DNA of 64,000 nucleotides from Dokdonia sp. GTDB lineage: Bacteria > Bacteroidota > Bacteroidia > Flavobacteriales > Flavobacteriaceae. The notes under the pieces are model-generated. The model was not told the origin of the DNA and did no database searches. It was given only the letters and a program-made list of their open reading frames with translations. Location of the stretch: the NCBI GenBank assembly GCA_047630395.1, contig JBLHXM010000004.1:867-64866 (forward strand), given 5' to 3'. Positions 28,087-36,546 of the stretch are shown piece after piece (within the stretch, counting starts at the first letter, position 1; every line of letters starts with the position of its first letter). The position numbers were made by a program, and so were the translations under genes.

Positions 28087-28689
28087 TTAGTCTTTTAAAT
28101 ACTTTTCAAAGGCAGGGTATCCCTGTAAATCTTCAGCGTGATCAATATCATTTAAGGTTTCTAGTTGGTGTATTGAGTACCCTTCTAGATCTTTCATTGT
28201 CGTTTCAAAAACAGTATCCCCTCCCCAGGTTTTTTTGTAGAATACGTCTTTTAGTAGGCTCCGCATTCCTAGTAAGTAATAGCCTCCATCTTGGGCGGGT
28301 CCAATCACTACGTCATGGGTCTCCAATGCTTCGAAGGCATCTTCAATATGTTTTGGACATAGATCATATAAATCACTCCCTACGATTAGTACTTTGGTGT
28401 AGTTGTCTTGGTATGCTTTCGCGAAAGCGTGATACATCCTATCTCCTAAATCTTCCCCTTCTTGCAGAAACTTTTCGAAGATGCCTGCTTCCCAAATGTC
28501 GTTTGGTCGCACTTTCACCGAATACCCTACACGCTTGGTGCAATTTATTTGCGAAACCACATTTTTAGTATGTTCCAATAAGGTTTTATAGATGGTCAAT
28601 GCATTTTCAGCACCTACACCTTTGGCAAGGCGAGTTTTAACTTTTCCTAGTTCAGGGTTGCGCGTGAATATGAGAAGGATATCAGACAT
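28087..28689 (-). CDS. DUF2064 / TIGR04282-like transferase (rSAM/selenodomain-associated type)
   Basis: N-terminal 'LIFTRNPELGKVKTRLA' and 'GPAQDGGYYLLG' nucleotidyltransferase-like motifs. Confidence 0.7.
   Translation of the reverse strand: MSDILLIFTRNPELGKVKTRLAKGVGAENALTIYKTLLEHTKNVVSQINCTKRVGYSVKVRPNDIWEAGIFEKFLQEGEDLGDRMYHAFAKAYQDNYTKVLIVGSDLYDLCPKHIEDAFEALETHDVVIGPAQDGGYYLLGMRSLLKDVFYKKTWGGDTVFETTMKDLEGYSIHQLETLNDIDHAEDLQGYPAFEKYLKD
28415..28428. repeat. palindrome GCTTTCGCGAAAGC, exact
   Basis: Inside the TIGR04282-like gene (minus strand), read as A-F-A-K-A. Confidence 0.95.
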
Positions 28690-28712
28690 TTATCTCTTTT
28701 TGATGGACAGCG

Positions 28713-29198
28713 CTAATGCACTTTGATTCCCGTGGTGAGGTATTTTCCCCACCGCCGACTATAAACATGCACACTATCTGTCATTTTTTCACTACGGTTG
28801 TATACAGGATAGCCGTTGTCTTTCCATGCAAAAATACTTCCGTATAAATTTTTTATATTGGTATAGCCAAGTGCTTGTAAGCGTTCACCAAAATCTTCTG
28901 AACGAATACCTACTGAGCAATAGACAACGATGGGCTGGGATTTGTTGGGATACGCTTTCGCGAAAGCGGAATCAACCATCCCGCTCACCCAAACGGCATT
29001 AGGTAGATGACTTACGAGGTATTCCTGTTTTTCTCGAGTGTCGAGCACAAGGTAGTCGCAGGAATGCTGTTTCAAATCTTGCACAGAAATATAGGGAACC
29101 GTGCCCTGGTTGTATTCTTTTAGAAGCATATCAATATCTGCTTGTGCAGCTACTTGTGCTGAAAACAGAAAGACTATTATTCTTAATATCCACGGCAT
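28713..29198 (-). CDS. secreted rhodanese-domain protein
   Basis: Active-site loop 'VVYCSVGIRS'. The signal peptide begins at ATG 29198 ('MPWILRIIVFLFSAQVAAQ'). Confidence 0.7.
   Translation of the reverse strand: MPWILRIIVFLFSAQVAAQADIDMLLKEYNQGTVPYISVQDLKQHSCDYLVLDTREKQEYLVSHLPNAVWVSGMVDSAFAKAYPNKSQPIVVYCSVGIRSEDFGERLQALGYTNIKNLYGSIFAWKDNGYPVYNRSEKMTDSVHVYSRRWGKYLTTGIKVH
28953..28968. repeat. palindrome, exact, 16 bp
   Basis: Inside the rhodanese gene (minus strand), read as A-F-A-K-A. Confidence 0.95.
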
Positions 29199-29275
29199 TC
29201 CTACTTTTGAGCAAGAGGATGTTTTGGATGGTATATTAAGAATTTGGAGCATATAAGTTGTGGGTCGTTATTCAA

Positions 29276-30331
29276 TTATGCAACGGTTCCTTGACAGCTA
29301 CTTCCTGCGCCAGCGGTACAGCCATAGCAATGTTGTGAAATCACGATATCTCTGTTATTGAGCAGATCTTCGTTATAGTCTGAGATATGCTTGACAGGAC
29401 TATTTACAGGTAAGCCGAGCATTTGATTGAAATCACAGTCAAATATCTTACCATCCCAGCTGATAGAAATAGTGTTGGTACACATTACACTTTGAACGGC
29501 CATTGGGTTATACGCTTCTACAAGCGAGTACATATAGTCTTCATAGTTTTCTGAAGCAATTAAGTAGTCCAGAAAACGTGCGATAGGTAGGTTGGTAATC
29601 GCAAATAAGTTATGAAACTGAATATCGAAATCGTCAAGTAAAGCGCTTTTAAAATCTTTTTGCATGCTCGCTTGGTCTCCGGGTAAGAAGGCACCTGATG
29701 GATTATAGACAAGATCCAATCGCAGGTCACTTCCTGGCATTCCATAGCCTATTGCGTTCAAGTCCTGTAAGGCTCTAATAGATTTATCAAAAACACCCTC
29801 ACCACGCTGCTTATCCGTTTTTCCCCGTGTCCAATGTGGCATAGAGGAAATAACATGTATGTTGTGTTTTTTAAAGAATTCGGGTAGATCGTAGTATTTT
29901 TTATTGGCACGGATGATCGTTAGATTCGAACGTACGATAAAATCTTTGATGCCCGCTTTGGCAGCTTCTTCGACAAACCAGCGAAAATCAGGATTCATTT
30001 CTGGGGCACCTCCGGTCAAATCTAGCGTATGTGCTCCTGTAGTTTTAATGATATCAAGACACTGTCGCATTGTATCTCGTGTCATAATCTCTTTACGATC
30101 GGGTCCAGCATCTACGTGGCAGTGATCACAAACCTGGTTGCACATGTATCCTACATTGATTTGCAGGATTTCAAGGGTACTAGGGCGCAATGGAAACTGA
30201 TGTGTTTCCTTGATTTTTTTGGCAAAGGTGGGTAGTTCTCCATTGGCAAAGATGCCATTGGATAATATCTCTAATTGCTTATTTGTGTTGGCAAGTTCGT
30301 TGCCTAATTTTTGTAACGATTTTGTAGCCAT
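29276..30331 (-). CDS. arsS: ArsS-type radical SAM enzyme (arsenosugar biosynthesis; TIGR04167-like)
   Basis: 'GYMCNQVCDHC' CX3CX2C cluster motif and the Cys-rich tail 'SQHCYGCTAGAGSSCQGTVA', which is the Cys form of the so-called selenodomain. Confidence 0.75.
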   Translation of the reverse strand: MATKSLQKLGNELANTNKQLEILSNGIFANGELPTFAKKIKETHQFPLRPSTLEILQINVGYMCNQVCDHCHVDAGPDRKEIMTRDTMRQCLDIIKTTGAHTLDLTGGAPEMNPDFRWFVEEAAKAGIKDFIVRSNLTIIRANKKYYDLPEFFKKHNIHVISSMPHWTRGKTDKQRGEGVFDKSIRALQDLNAIGYGMPGSDLRLDLVYNPSGAFLPGDQASMQKDFKSALLDDFDIQFHNLFAITNLPIARFLDYLIASENYEDYMYSLVEAYNPMAVQSVMCTNTISISWDGKIFDCDFNQMLGLPVNSPVKHISDYNEDLLNNRDIVISQHCYGCTAGAGSSCQGTVA

Positions 30332-30388
30332 ATACGAATGCTCAGCGAGCGAATATCTTATTGGATAAGGAATGTTTCGATTGCGAAT

Positions 30389-30724
30389 CTAACCATCCAA
30401 TTTATTTACTTTATTCATCATCATGGTCGCATGAACAAGGGTGGCTCCGCTTTTAATAGCGGCACCTACGTGCACAGCTTCCATCATTTCTTCTTTAGTG
30501 ACTCCGCGCTGTAAACCATCTTTGGTATACGCATCTATGCAATACGGACATTGTTCTGTATGTGCTACGGCGAGGGCAATTAACGATTTTTCACGAGCGG
30601 TAAGAGCGCCTTCTTGAAAAACGCTACCATAGTAATCAAAGAATTTTGTTCCTAGTTCTTCACTCCATTCGGTTATTTTACCGAAGTTCCGAAGATCCTT
30701 AGGATCATAATATTGGTCTGCCAT
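30389..30724 (-). CDS. carboxymuconolactone-decarboxylase-fold, peroxidase-like protein (arsenosugar-associated type)
   Basis: 111 aa with an AhpD/CMD-like 'HTEQCPYCIDAY' CxxC motif. It is the first gene of the operon. Confidence 0.7.
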   Translation of the reverse strand: MADQYYDPKDLRNFGKITEWSEELGTKFFDYYGSVFQEGALTAREKSLIALAVAHTEQCPYCIDAYTKDGLQRGVTKEEMMEAVHVGAAIKSGATLVHATMMMNKVNKLDG

Positions 30725-30916
30725 AATCGAATTTATTTAACTCGCTAAAGATATATTTAATCGTAAAGCTCTCCAATAACTTACGAAATTATTGTGATAA
30801 AGGTTATGAATAAAAATTTGAAGGTGTAAGCCCTTGATTTTGTGGGGTCGCGCAGCCGGTGACTATTAACTTTTATTTTTTCATAAAAAGTTGTTGGTCG
30901 TAACTAAGAAAGGTTT

Positions 30917-30924
30917 TATATTTG
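30917..30924 (+). promoter_or_regulatory. Bacteroidota-type -7 box (TAnnTTTG) for tRNA-Phe
   Basis: TATATTTG, 16 nt upstream of the tRNA 5' end. Confidence 0.4.
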
Positions 30925-30939
30925 CAACCGCTTACGCGA

Positions 30940-31012
30940 GGTGCCTTAGCTCAGTTGGTAGAGCAATGGACTGAAAATCCATGTGTCCCTGGTTCGATTC
31001 CTGGAGGCACCA
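30940..31012 (+). tRNA. tRNA-Phe (anticodon GAA)
   Basis: Manual cloverleaf: 7-bp acceptor stem GGTGCCT/AGGCACC, D arm GCTC/GAGC, anticodon arm ATGGA-CTGAAAA-TCCAT, and T arm CCTGG-TTCGATT-CCTGG with one U-U mismatch. CCA is not encoded. Confidence 0.85.
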
Positions 31013-31019
31013 CCTTATA

Positions 31020-31046
31020 ACCCGATCTTTTAGATCGGGTTTTTTG
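31020..31046 (+). terminator. rho-independent terminator after tRNA-Phe
   Basis: Stem ACCCGATCT (31020-31028) / AGATCGGGT (31032-31040), followed by TTTTTTG. Confidence 0.75.
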
Positions 31047-31060
31047 TTTTTAGGAACGTT

Positions 31061-31558
31061 TTATTTACTCCCAGTCACCAACAATATCTCATTTTTTTGT
31101 AATCCCGTATTAACTAAAGTGCCAAAAGCGTTTTCGTCCGTTCCTACTACGGCCAAAAAACGTGTAGGCATACGACTCGATCCGAGATAAGCAAAAATAG
31201 CGTCAGACTCTTGAGAGATGTGTAAACCATTCCGTACTGAGCCATGTGACACCTTTGCTTGACTGTTGAGTTGAGTAAAATGAACCGTTATGCCCGCAGG
31301 AATATTTTGTTTTCCACTGTTCCAAGCCATATCATGTTCATCCAAACCAAAGCGATTTCCATTCCATTCACTATCTGTGAACCTGATGATGGTGTGTGCG
31401 GGAATATTAGTCATCATTTCTAGGGCAAAGCGGTCCTGTAGCTGTCCGTTCATGGAAACAAAACGCAGATCACCTGTCTCAAGTGAAGGAGGAAGAGTAA
31501 ATACAATAATCAATGCGACCAAAGCGCCAATCAAAAAAGGAATTTCAAAGGTTTTCAT
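31061..31558 (-). CDS. hypothetical membrane-anchored protein
   Basis: 165-aa ORF with an N-terminal TM helix 'IPFLIGALVALIIVF'. No recognisable domain. Confidence 0.4.
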   Translation of the reverse strand: MKTFEIPFLIGALVALIIVFTLPPSLETGDLRFVSMNGQLQDRFALEMMTNIPAHTIIRFTDSEWNGNRFGLDEHDMAWNSGKQNIPAGITVHFTQLNSQAKVSHGSVRNGLHISQESDAIFAYLGSSRMPTRFLAVVGTDENAFGTLVNTGLQKNEILLVTGSK

Positions 31559-31707
31559 GAAGTTTTTTTTTCTTCCTTAAAATTAGATAGCATTGGTTTG
31601 CATATTGTAAAGTATTTATTATCCCTGTATGAATATTGAGAATAGAGAAGTATATAAATGTTAGTTTTTGGTTAAGAAAATATGACTAAGACGTTTCAAT
31701 CGCTTTT

Positions 31708-32529
31708 TTGTCATTTGCCATCTTTGATTTACCTTCACATTTTAAACGAAATTGGATGGGATTAGGTTTCGGTTTACTATTTTTTTTATTGGTCATATTT
31801 GCGATCTATGGGATGTTTACGCTTTCGCGAAAGCGTAAACCACAACCCATTCCAACGCATTGGCATAATGACCTACTTAAGAATGTGGCTTTCTACAAAA
31901 AACTGACGCCTCCAGAACAAACGATATTTAGAAATCGTATGATGGCATTTTTAGCCGAAATCCATATGGAGTCCGTGCAATTTGAATTGACAGATAAAGA
32001 TCGAATGCTGGTCGCGGCAAGTGCTGTAATTCCGGTGTTTAATTTTTTGGAATGGCAGTATAATAATCTGAGTACGGTGCTTATTTATCCAAACCATTTC
32101 AATGAAGACCTCGGCTTTGCACAAACCGATGACAATCGACGTATCGCGGGTATGGTAGGTACTGGACGTTATGAAAATCAAATGATCTTGTCTCGAAAAG
32201 CCCTTTATCACGGTTTTAGCAATGCTACTGATAAAGGCAATACTGCCGTCCATGAGTTTGTACACCTTTTAGATAAAACGGATGGCATGACAGATGGTAT
32301 TCCCGAACGCCTTTTGGAACACCAATACATCACTCCCTGGCTCAAACTGATGCATCAGGAAATGGAAGCTATTAATAAGGATACTTCAGATATTCGAGCC
32401 TATGGAGCAACCAATCAAGCCGAATTCTTCGCCGTAGCTTCGGAGTATTTCTTTGAGCGTCCGGATCTTTTTAAACGGAAACACCCGGCCTTATATCAAA
32501 TGTTGGAACAGTGTTTTCAAAAGCGCTAA
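31708..32529 (+). CDS. M90-family (MtfA-like) zinc metallopeptidase with an N-terminal TM anchor
   Basis: 'HEFVHLLD' zinc motif and 'NQAEFFAVASEYFFERP'. The start is uncertain (TTG 31708 or ATG 31756). Contains the 26-bp perfect palindrome. Confidence 0.7.
   Translation: MSFAIFDLPSHFKRNWMGLGFGLLFFLLVIFAIYGMFTLSRKRKPQPIPTHWHNDLLKNVAFYKKLTPPEQTIFRNRMMAFLAEIHMESVQFELTDKDRMLVAASAVIPVFNFLEWQYNNLSTVLIYPNHFNEDLGFAQTDDNRRIAGMVGTGRYENQMILSRKALYHGFSNATDKGNTAVHEFVHLLDKTDGMTDGIPERLLEHQYITPWLKLMHQEMEAINKDTSDIRAYGATNQAEFFAVASEYFFERPDLFKRKHPALYQMLEQCFQKR
31815..31840. repeat. palindrome, exact, 26 bp (GTTTACGCTTTCGCGAAAGCGTAAAC), the longest copy
   Basis: Inside the M90 peptidase gene, read in the third frame as F-T-L-S-R-K-R-K. 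Confidence 0.95.
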
Positions 32530-32530
32530 G

Positions 32531-33130
32531 CTATTTCTCGGCAATCTCACTCAAGATATCTTCAGATTGCTTTAAGAGGCCGCAACTAAATTTTGAGATG
32601 TAGCGAATCATTAAAAAGAAGAGTAAGAAGCAAATGGGTAAGGCGATGAGAAGCTTTGTATCTAAGGATTCAAATAAATTTTCATCGTTGATTAATTTCC
32701 CAGTGACCGGAATGGTAAGTAACATAAAAAAGAAACTACCAATCATATTCATTTTTTGAAAATTTACAAAACGCTTTTTGGCTCTGGCATAGCTCGCCAT
32801 CATTTTAGAATACGGGTCCGACAATGAGATGCTTTGCAGGCCATGAACGCTTTTGAGTGAGAGTATAGGAGCGATTATTAAGATCACCACACACAATACT
32901 CCACAAATCTGTAAGAGCAATGTGTCGAGTTTACTAAAATGGAATAACAAAGCGAATACTACGCCATAACTAACCACGGCACTTATTTTCTCTGCGATCC
33001 CAATTTTATTCCATGGCTTTGAGAATTTATCCTGTGTCATTTTCATAATGATCTCATCAGTAAGCTTCTTTTGTGTTTCTAGTTGGTCACTCATTTGCGA
33101 CCAAGCTGCCTGCATTTCTTCTAGTTCCAT
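32531..33130 (-). CDS. membrane protein, possible anti-sigma factor
   Basis: Four predicted TM helices. The start is 5 nt downstream of the ECF sigma gene stop. Confidence 0.35.
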   Translation of the reverse strand: MELEEMQAAWSQMSDQLETQKKLTDEIIMKMTQDKFSKPWNKIGIAEKISAVVSYGVVFALLFHFSKLDTLLLQICGVLCVVILIIAPILSLKSVHGLQSISLSDPYSKMMASYARAKKRFVNFQKMNMIGSFFFMLLTIPVTGKLINDENLFESLDTKLLIALPICFLLFFLMIRYISKFSCGLLKQSEDILSEIAEK

Positions 33131-33134
33131 ATCG

Positions 33135-33620
33135 CTAATTTTGATGCATTTCTTTTTTTAATTTGTCTTTGATACGAGAGATTCGGGTGCCCACCGTGGT
33201 TCGCGTTAAGCCCGTAATTTCTGAGATTTCCTCGTATTTCTTTCCTTCGAGCAACAAGAGCATGATTCCCTTTTCAAGATCACTCAAACGACGAATTTGC
33301 GTGTACATTTCTTTGATCCTTTCCTCCTGTATTGGATCATGGGGCTCATAGGTCAGTTGGATATCATCAAGAGTTACCGCATGTCCTCTTCGTTTTTCCT
33401 TTCGGAGAAATGAAAAGGCAGTATTTAAGGCAACGCGGTACATCCAAGTACTCGCTTTGGAGTCCCCTCGGAAACTATCAAACCCCTTCCATAATTGGAA
33501 TACGATTTCTTGATAGAGATCTTTCTGATCTTCGTAGCTATCGCAATACGCCCGCGATAGTTTAAAAATGATCCCCTCGTTGTTTTTAATCATTGCTGTA
33601 AAAGCAGCTTCTTTGCGCAT
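33135..33620 (-). CDS. ECF (sigma-70 family) RNA polymerase sigma factor
   Basis: Region 2 'DLYQEIVFQLWKGFDSFRGDSKASTWMYRVALN' and the region 4 HTH 'YEEISEITGLTRTTVGTRISR'. Confidence 0.85.
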   Translation of the reverse strand: MRKEAAFTAMIKNNEGIIFKLSRAYCDSYEDQKDLYQEIVFQLWKGFDSFRGDSKASTWMYRVALNTAFSFLRKEKRRGHAVTLDDIQLTYEPHDPIQEERIKEMYTQIRRLSDLEKGIMLLLLEGKKYEEISEITGLTRTTVGTRISRIKDKLKKEMHQN

Positions 33621-33743
33621 GTATGATTCTGTTTACGGGCTATTAGTATCGCTTTCGCGAAATAGTCACAGAAGTTCGCGATTTTTTTTCAAAAGTAGGT
33701 TGTATTGAGATTTTGTAATTTCGCTTTAAGCAAAAACACACCT

Positions 33744-34349
33744 ATGAGTTGGATTAAAACCATTGACTATGACGAAGCCGAAGGCCCTTTAAAACCTATC
33801 TATAATCGTGTAAAAGGCCCGGATAACAGTATAGATAATGTGTTGAGTATTCACAGTTTGCGACCGCATACATTGACAGGGCATATGACCTTGTATAAAA
33901 GTGTTTTACACAATACAAATAATACCTTGCCTAAGTGGTACCTCGAAGCTTTGGGTGTTTATGTAAGTCATTTAAACCAATGTGATTATTGCGAGCAACA
34001 TCATTTTGCAGGATTTAGTAGACTCCTCGAAGATGCTGAAAAGGCTACAGTATTTATGAACGCGGTCAAAGCAGATGATGTAGCGCCTTTTTTTAGCGAT
34101 CAATATGCTGCAGGCGCTGCCTATGCTCGAAAACTCACACGTGCGCATGCTACTATCGTTAAAGCCGATATTGAGCACCTTAGTACTGTAGGTTTTTCAG
34201 ATGGAGCAGTATTGGAGATCAATCAAGTGACGAGTTATTTCAACTATGTCAATCGCATGGTCGTTGGCCTCGGAGTACATACCGATGGTGATATTATCGG
34301 ATTGTCTCCTGGGAATAGTGCTTCACCTAACGATTGGGAGCACCTTTAA
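33744..34349 (+). CDS. CMD/AhpD-fold peroxidase-related protein
   Basis: 'LNQCDYCEQHH' CxxC motif. ATG at 33744 is preferred over the upstream extension. Confidence 0.65.
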   Translation: MSWIKTIDYDEAEGPLKPIYNRVKGPDNSIDNVLSIHSLRPHTLTGHMTLYKSVLHNTNNTLPKWYLEALGVYVSHLNQCDYCEQHHFAGFSRLLEDAEKATVFMNAVKADDVAPFFSDQYAAGAAYARKLTRAHATIVKADIEHLSTVGFSDGAVLEINQVTSYFNYVNRMVVGLGVHTDGDIIGLSPGNSASPNDWEHL

Positions 34350-34574
34350 ATAGAGCCGGCAACTGTATACCAAAACGACTTTGTTTATTAGAACTTTCAG
34401 CAGTCGTATACCTGCGATTTTTAGAAATGCTTTGACGATCGGTATACTATTTAGGTGCCAGGTTTGTTTTTGCGATGGTGCGTCGAACACCTTAAAACCC
34501 CTGTTCCTAATTCTTGGCAAGACCCATATAGAATGCGCTTTTTGTAGTATCTTGTCGGGGTAAAATCAATCTAA

Positions 34575-35846
34575 ATGAGTGCATTTCTTATAATTACCAT
34601 TTTGGTGGCGATCGCTGCAATTTTTGGCTATATCAACGTTCGTTTTTTAAAACTACCCAATACCATTGGTTTGATGCTCATCACCATCGTTTTTACACTG
34701 GTCGTAGTTGGGATTGGTTACTTTTTTGATGACACGTTACTCGAAGCCGAACGGTCCATAATTTCTCAAATAGATTTTAAAACAGTGCTCATGGATGGTA
34801 TGTTGAGCTTCTTGCTCTTTGCAGGAGCGTTGCATACAAATTTCGCGCAGCTTAAGGTACAGCGTTGGCCTGTCTTGGCCTTTTCTACCTTAGGAGTTTT
34901 GATCTCCACGTTCTTGGTAGGGACCGCTATGTTTTATGTCTTACCACTCATTGGATTACAGGTGAGTTTTATTCATTGTTTGCTCTTTGGAGCATTGATT
35001 TCTCCTACAGACCCGATTGCGGTCTTAGGGATTCTCAAAAAAGTGGGTGCTCCCAAAAAATTGGAGACTAAGATCGTTGGAGAGTCCTTGTTTAATGATG
35101 GCGTTGGAGTTGTAGTATTCCTAACCATTTTTCAAATTGCAGAGGTGGGGACGGGCAATATTCAAATCCTTGATATTGCAACGCTTTTTGTGCACGAGGT
35201 ATTTGGGGGAATTATTCTGGGAGGAATTATCGGATGGATTACGTATCGCTTGATGAGATCGATAGACGATTATGATATCGAAGTAATCATCACATTAGCG
35301 GCGGTTATGACAGGGACAGCAGTTGCACAAAAATTACATGTTTCGGCGCCATTGGCAATGGTGACAGCAGGATTGATTGTGGGTAATGATACGGTTAGAG
35401 GCTCAGCCATGTCTAAAATCACAGAAAATTATGTAGACAAGTTCTGGGAGCTCATTGACATTTTGTTAAACACCGTCCTCTTTGTTCTTATAGGAATGGA
35501 AATGCTTGTTCTTGCCTTTGAGGGACAGTATATCATCGCTGGACTATTAGCAATTCCAATTACCTTATTATGTCGTTATGCCTCTTTACAATTGCCCATT
35601 AGTTTTTTCAAAAAGCGTTTGGATTTTGTTCCGAGAACCAATCTCATAATGACTTGGGGAGGTCTGCGTGGAGGAATTTCAATAGCCTTGGCCTTAGGTC
35701 TCACGGAAGTTATGGAGCGCGATTTGTTTTTGGTGATTACCTATGTGATTGTAGTTTTCTCCATCATCGTACAGGGACTTACAGTTGGATCGCTCATTCG
35801 AAAGATCACAGGTGGAAAAGGAGACCAAGAGAAAAGCGCCCATTAG
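34575..35846 (+). CDS. Na+/H+ antiporter, CPA1 (NhaP) family
   Basis: 423 aa with about 11 TM helices, plus 'FGALISPTDPIAV' and 'ESLFNDGVGVV' exchanger motifs. Confidence 0.85.
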   Translation: MSAFLIITILVAIAAIFGYINVRFLKLPNTIGLMLITIVFTLVVVGIGYFFDDTLLEAERSIISQIDFKTVLMDGMLSFLLFAGALHTNFAQLKVQRWPVLAFSTLGVLISTFLVGTAMFYVLPLIGLQVSFIHCLLFGALISPTDPIAVLGILKKVGAPKKLETKIVGESLFNDGVGVVVFLTIFQIAEVGTGNIQILDIATLFVHEVFGGIILGGIIGWITYRLMRSIDDYDIEVIITLAAVMTGTAVAQKLHVSAPLAMVTAGLIVGNDTVRGSAMSKITENYVDKFWELIDILLNTVLFVLIGMEMLVLAFEGQYIIAGLLAIPITLLCRYASLQLPISFFKKRLDFVPRTNLIMTWGGLRGGISIALALGLTEVMERDLFLVITYVIVVFSIIVQGLTVGSLIRKITGGKGDQEKSAH

Positions 35847-35858
35847 GCGCTTTTCTTT
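35831..35858 (+). terminator. terminator hairpin overlapping the antiporter stop codon
   Basis: Stem GAAAAGCGCC (35831-35840) / GGCGCTTTTC (35846-35855). The loop CATTA contains part of the TAG stop. Followed by TTT. Confidence 0.6.
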
Positions 35859-35896
35859 AACTTCTAGGAAGTAAACTTGATCTTTCTGGAGTTTAT

Positions 35897-36319
35897 TTAT
35901 TTGGAAACCAAATATTCGTAGTCCTCAAAATCAATCTTTCCACCAAATATTATTATCGATTTTGCAATGATCTCATCGGCTTTGTCTTCTGAAAATCCAA
36001 GTCCTGTTGCATATCTATTGATCAATTTTAACTCTGGAGTATCAATGTTATGATCCGCATAGATGATTTTGAATAAATCATACAAGCGTTCTAAACGGAT
36101 ACTTGCCGAAGTAGGAGGATTGATAGGATAGTTGCTAGGTGATTTCATGACATCCTTCAGCTCACTTTCTGTAATGTCTAATTTTCGCGCAAAACGCTCT
36201 ATAAGCTTGTTTTCATTATCATTGATATCACCATCGGCAGCCGCCAGGTTTACAATAGCTGCAAAATGAGCCAATTGGTTACGGTGTTCTCCTGATTCGT
36301 AAAGGTCTACAAAAGACAT
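35897..36319 (-). CDS. TerB-like (tellurite-resistance-domain) protein
   Basis: Two repeats of an 'AAADGDINDNENKLI' / 'YADHNIDTPELKLI' helix pattern typical of the TerB fold. Confidence 0.5.
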   Translation of the reverse strand: MSFVDLYESGEHRNQLAHFAAIVNLAAADGDINDNENKLIERFARKLDITESELKDVMKSPSNYPINPPTSASIRLERLYDLFKIIYADHNIDTPELKLINRYATGLGFSEDKADEIIAKSIIIFGGKIDFEDYEYLVSK

Positions 36320-36524
36320 AATCTATTTTTTAAATTATTGAGCCACAAAGGACGATAATTTTTGTCAAATGGAATGAGAGATTCATCATATTTTAATGAT
36401 TTATTTCAGGGGGGTGCTTCGGTAAGCGAAGGATGTACATCAGAAAACGGAAAGCGTAAATATTTCCGATCCATACAACCGATACTTTGAAAATTGAATT
36501 GTGTCAATTCTTTCTTATTTAAAC

Positions 36525-36532
36525 TACCTTTG
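36525..36532 (+). promoter_or_regulatory. Bacteroidota-type -7 box upstream of era
   Basis: TACCTTTG matches TAnnTTTG, 15 nt upstream of the era ATG. Confidence 0.35.
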
Positions 36533-36546
36533 CACAAAATTACCAT

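Noticed and set aside
29276-30724. Selenocysteine (in-frame TGA) recoding in the ArsS tail or the peroxidase-like protein.
   Set aside because: Both ORFs are uninterrupted and carry Cys codons at the positions where Sec would be expected. There is no in-frame TGA, and I saw no SECIS-like hairpin.
30940-31012. tRNA-Phe as a pseudogene, because of the U-U mismatch in the T stem and the absence of an encoded CCA.
   Set aside because: The acceptor, D and anticodon arms are perfect, a promoter box and a terminator are present, and lack of an encoded CCA is common.
34350-34574. Small ORFs 34323-34520(-) and 34381-34563(+) in the spacer before the antiporter gene.
   Set aside because: They overlap each other on opposite strands, have no recognisable motifs or start context, and most likely fall in a non-coding leader or promoter region.
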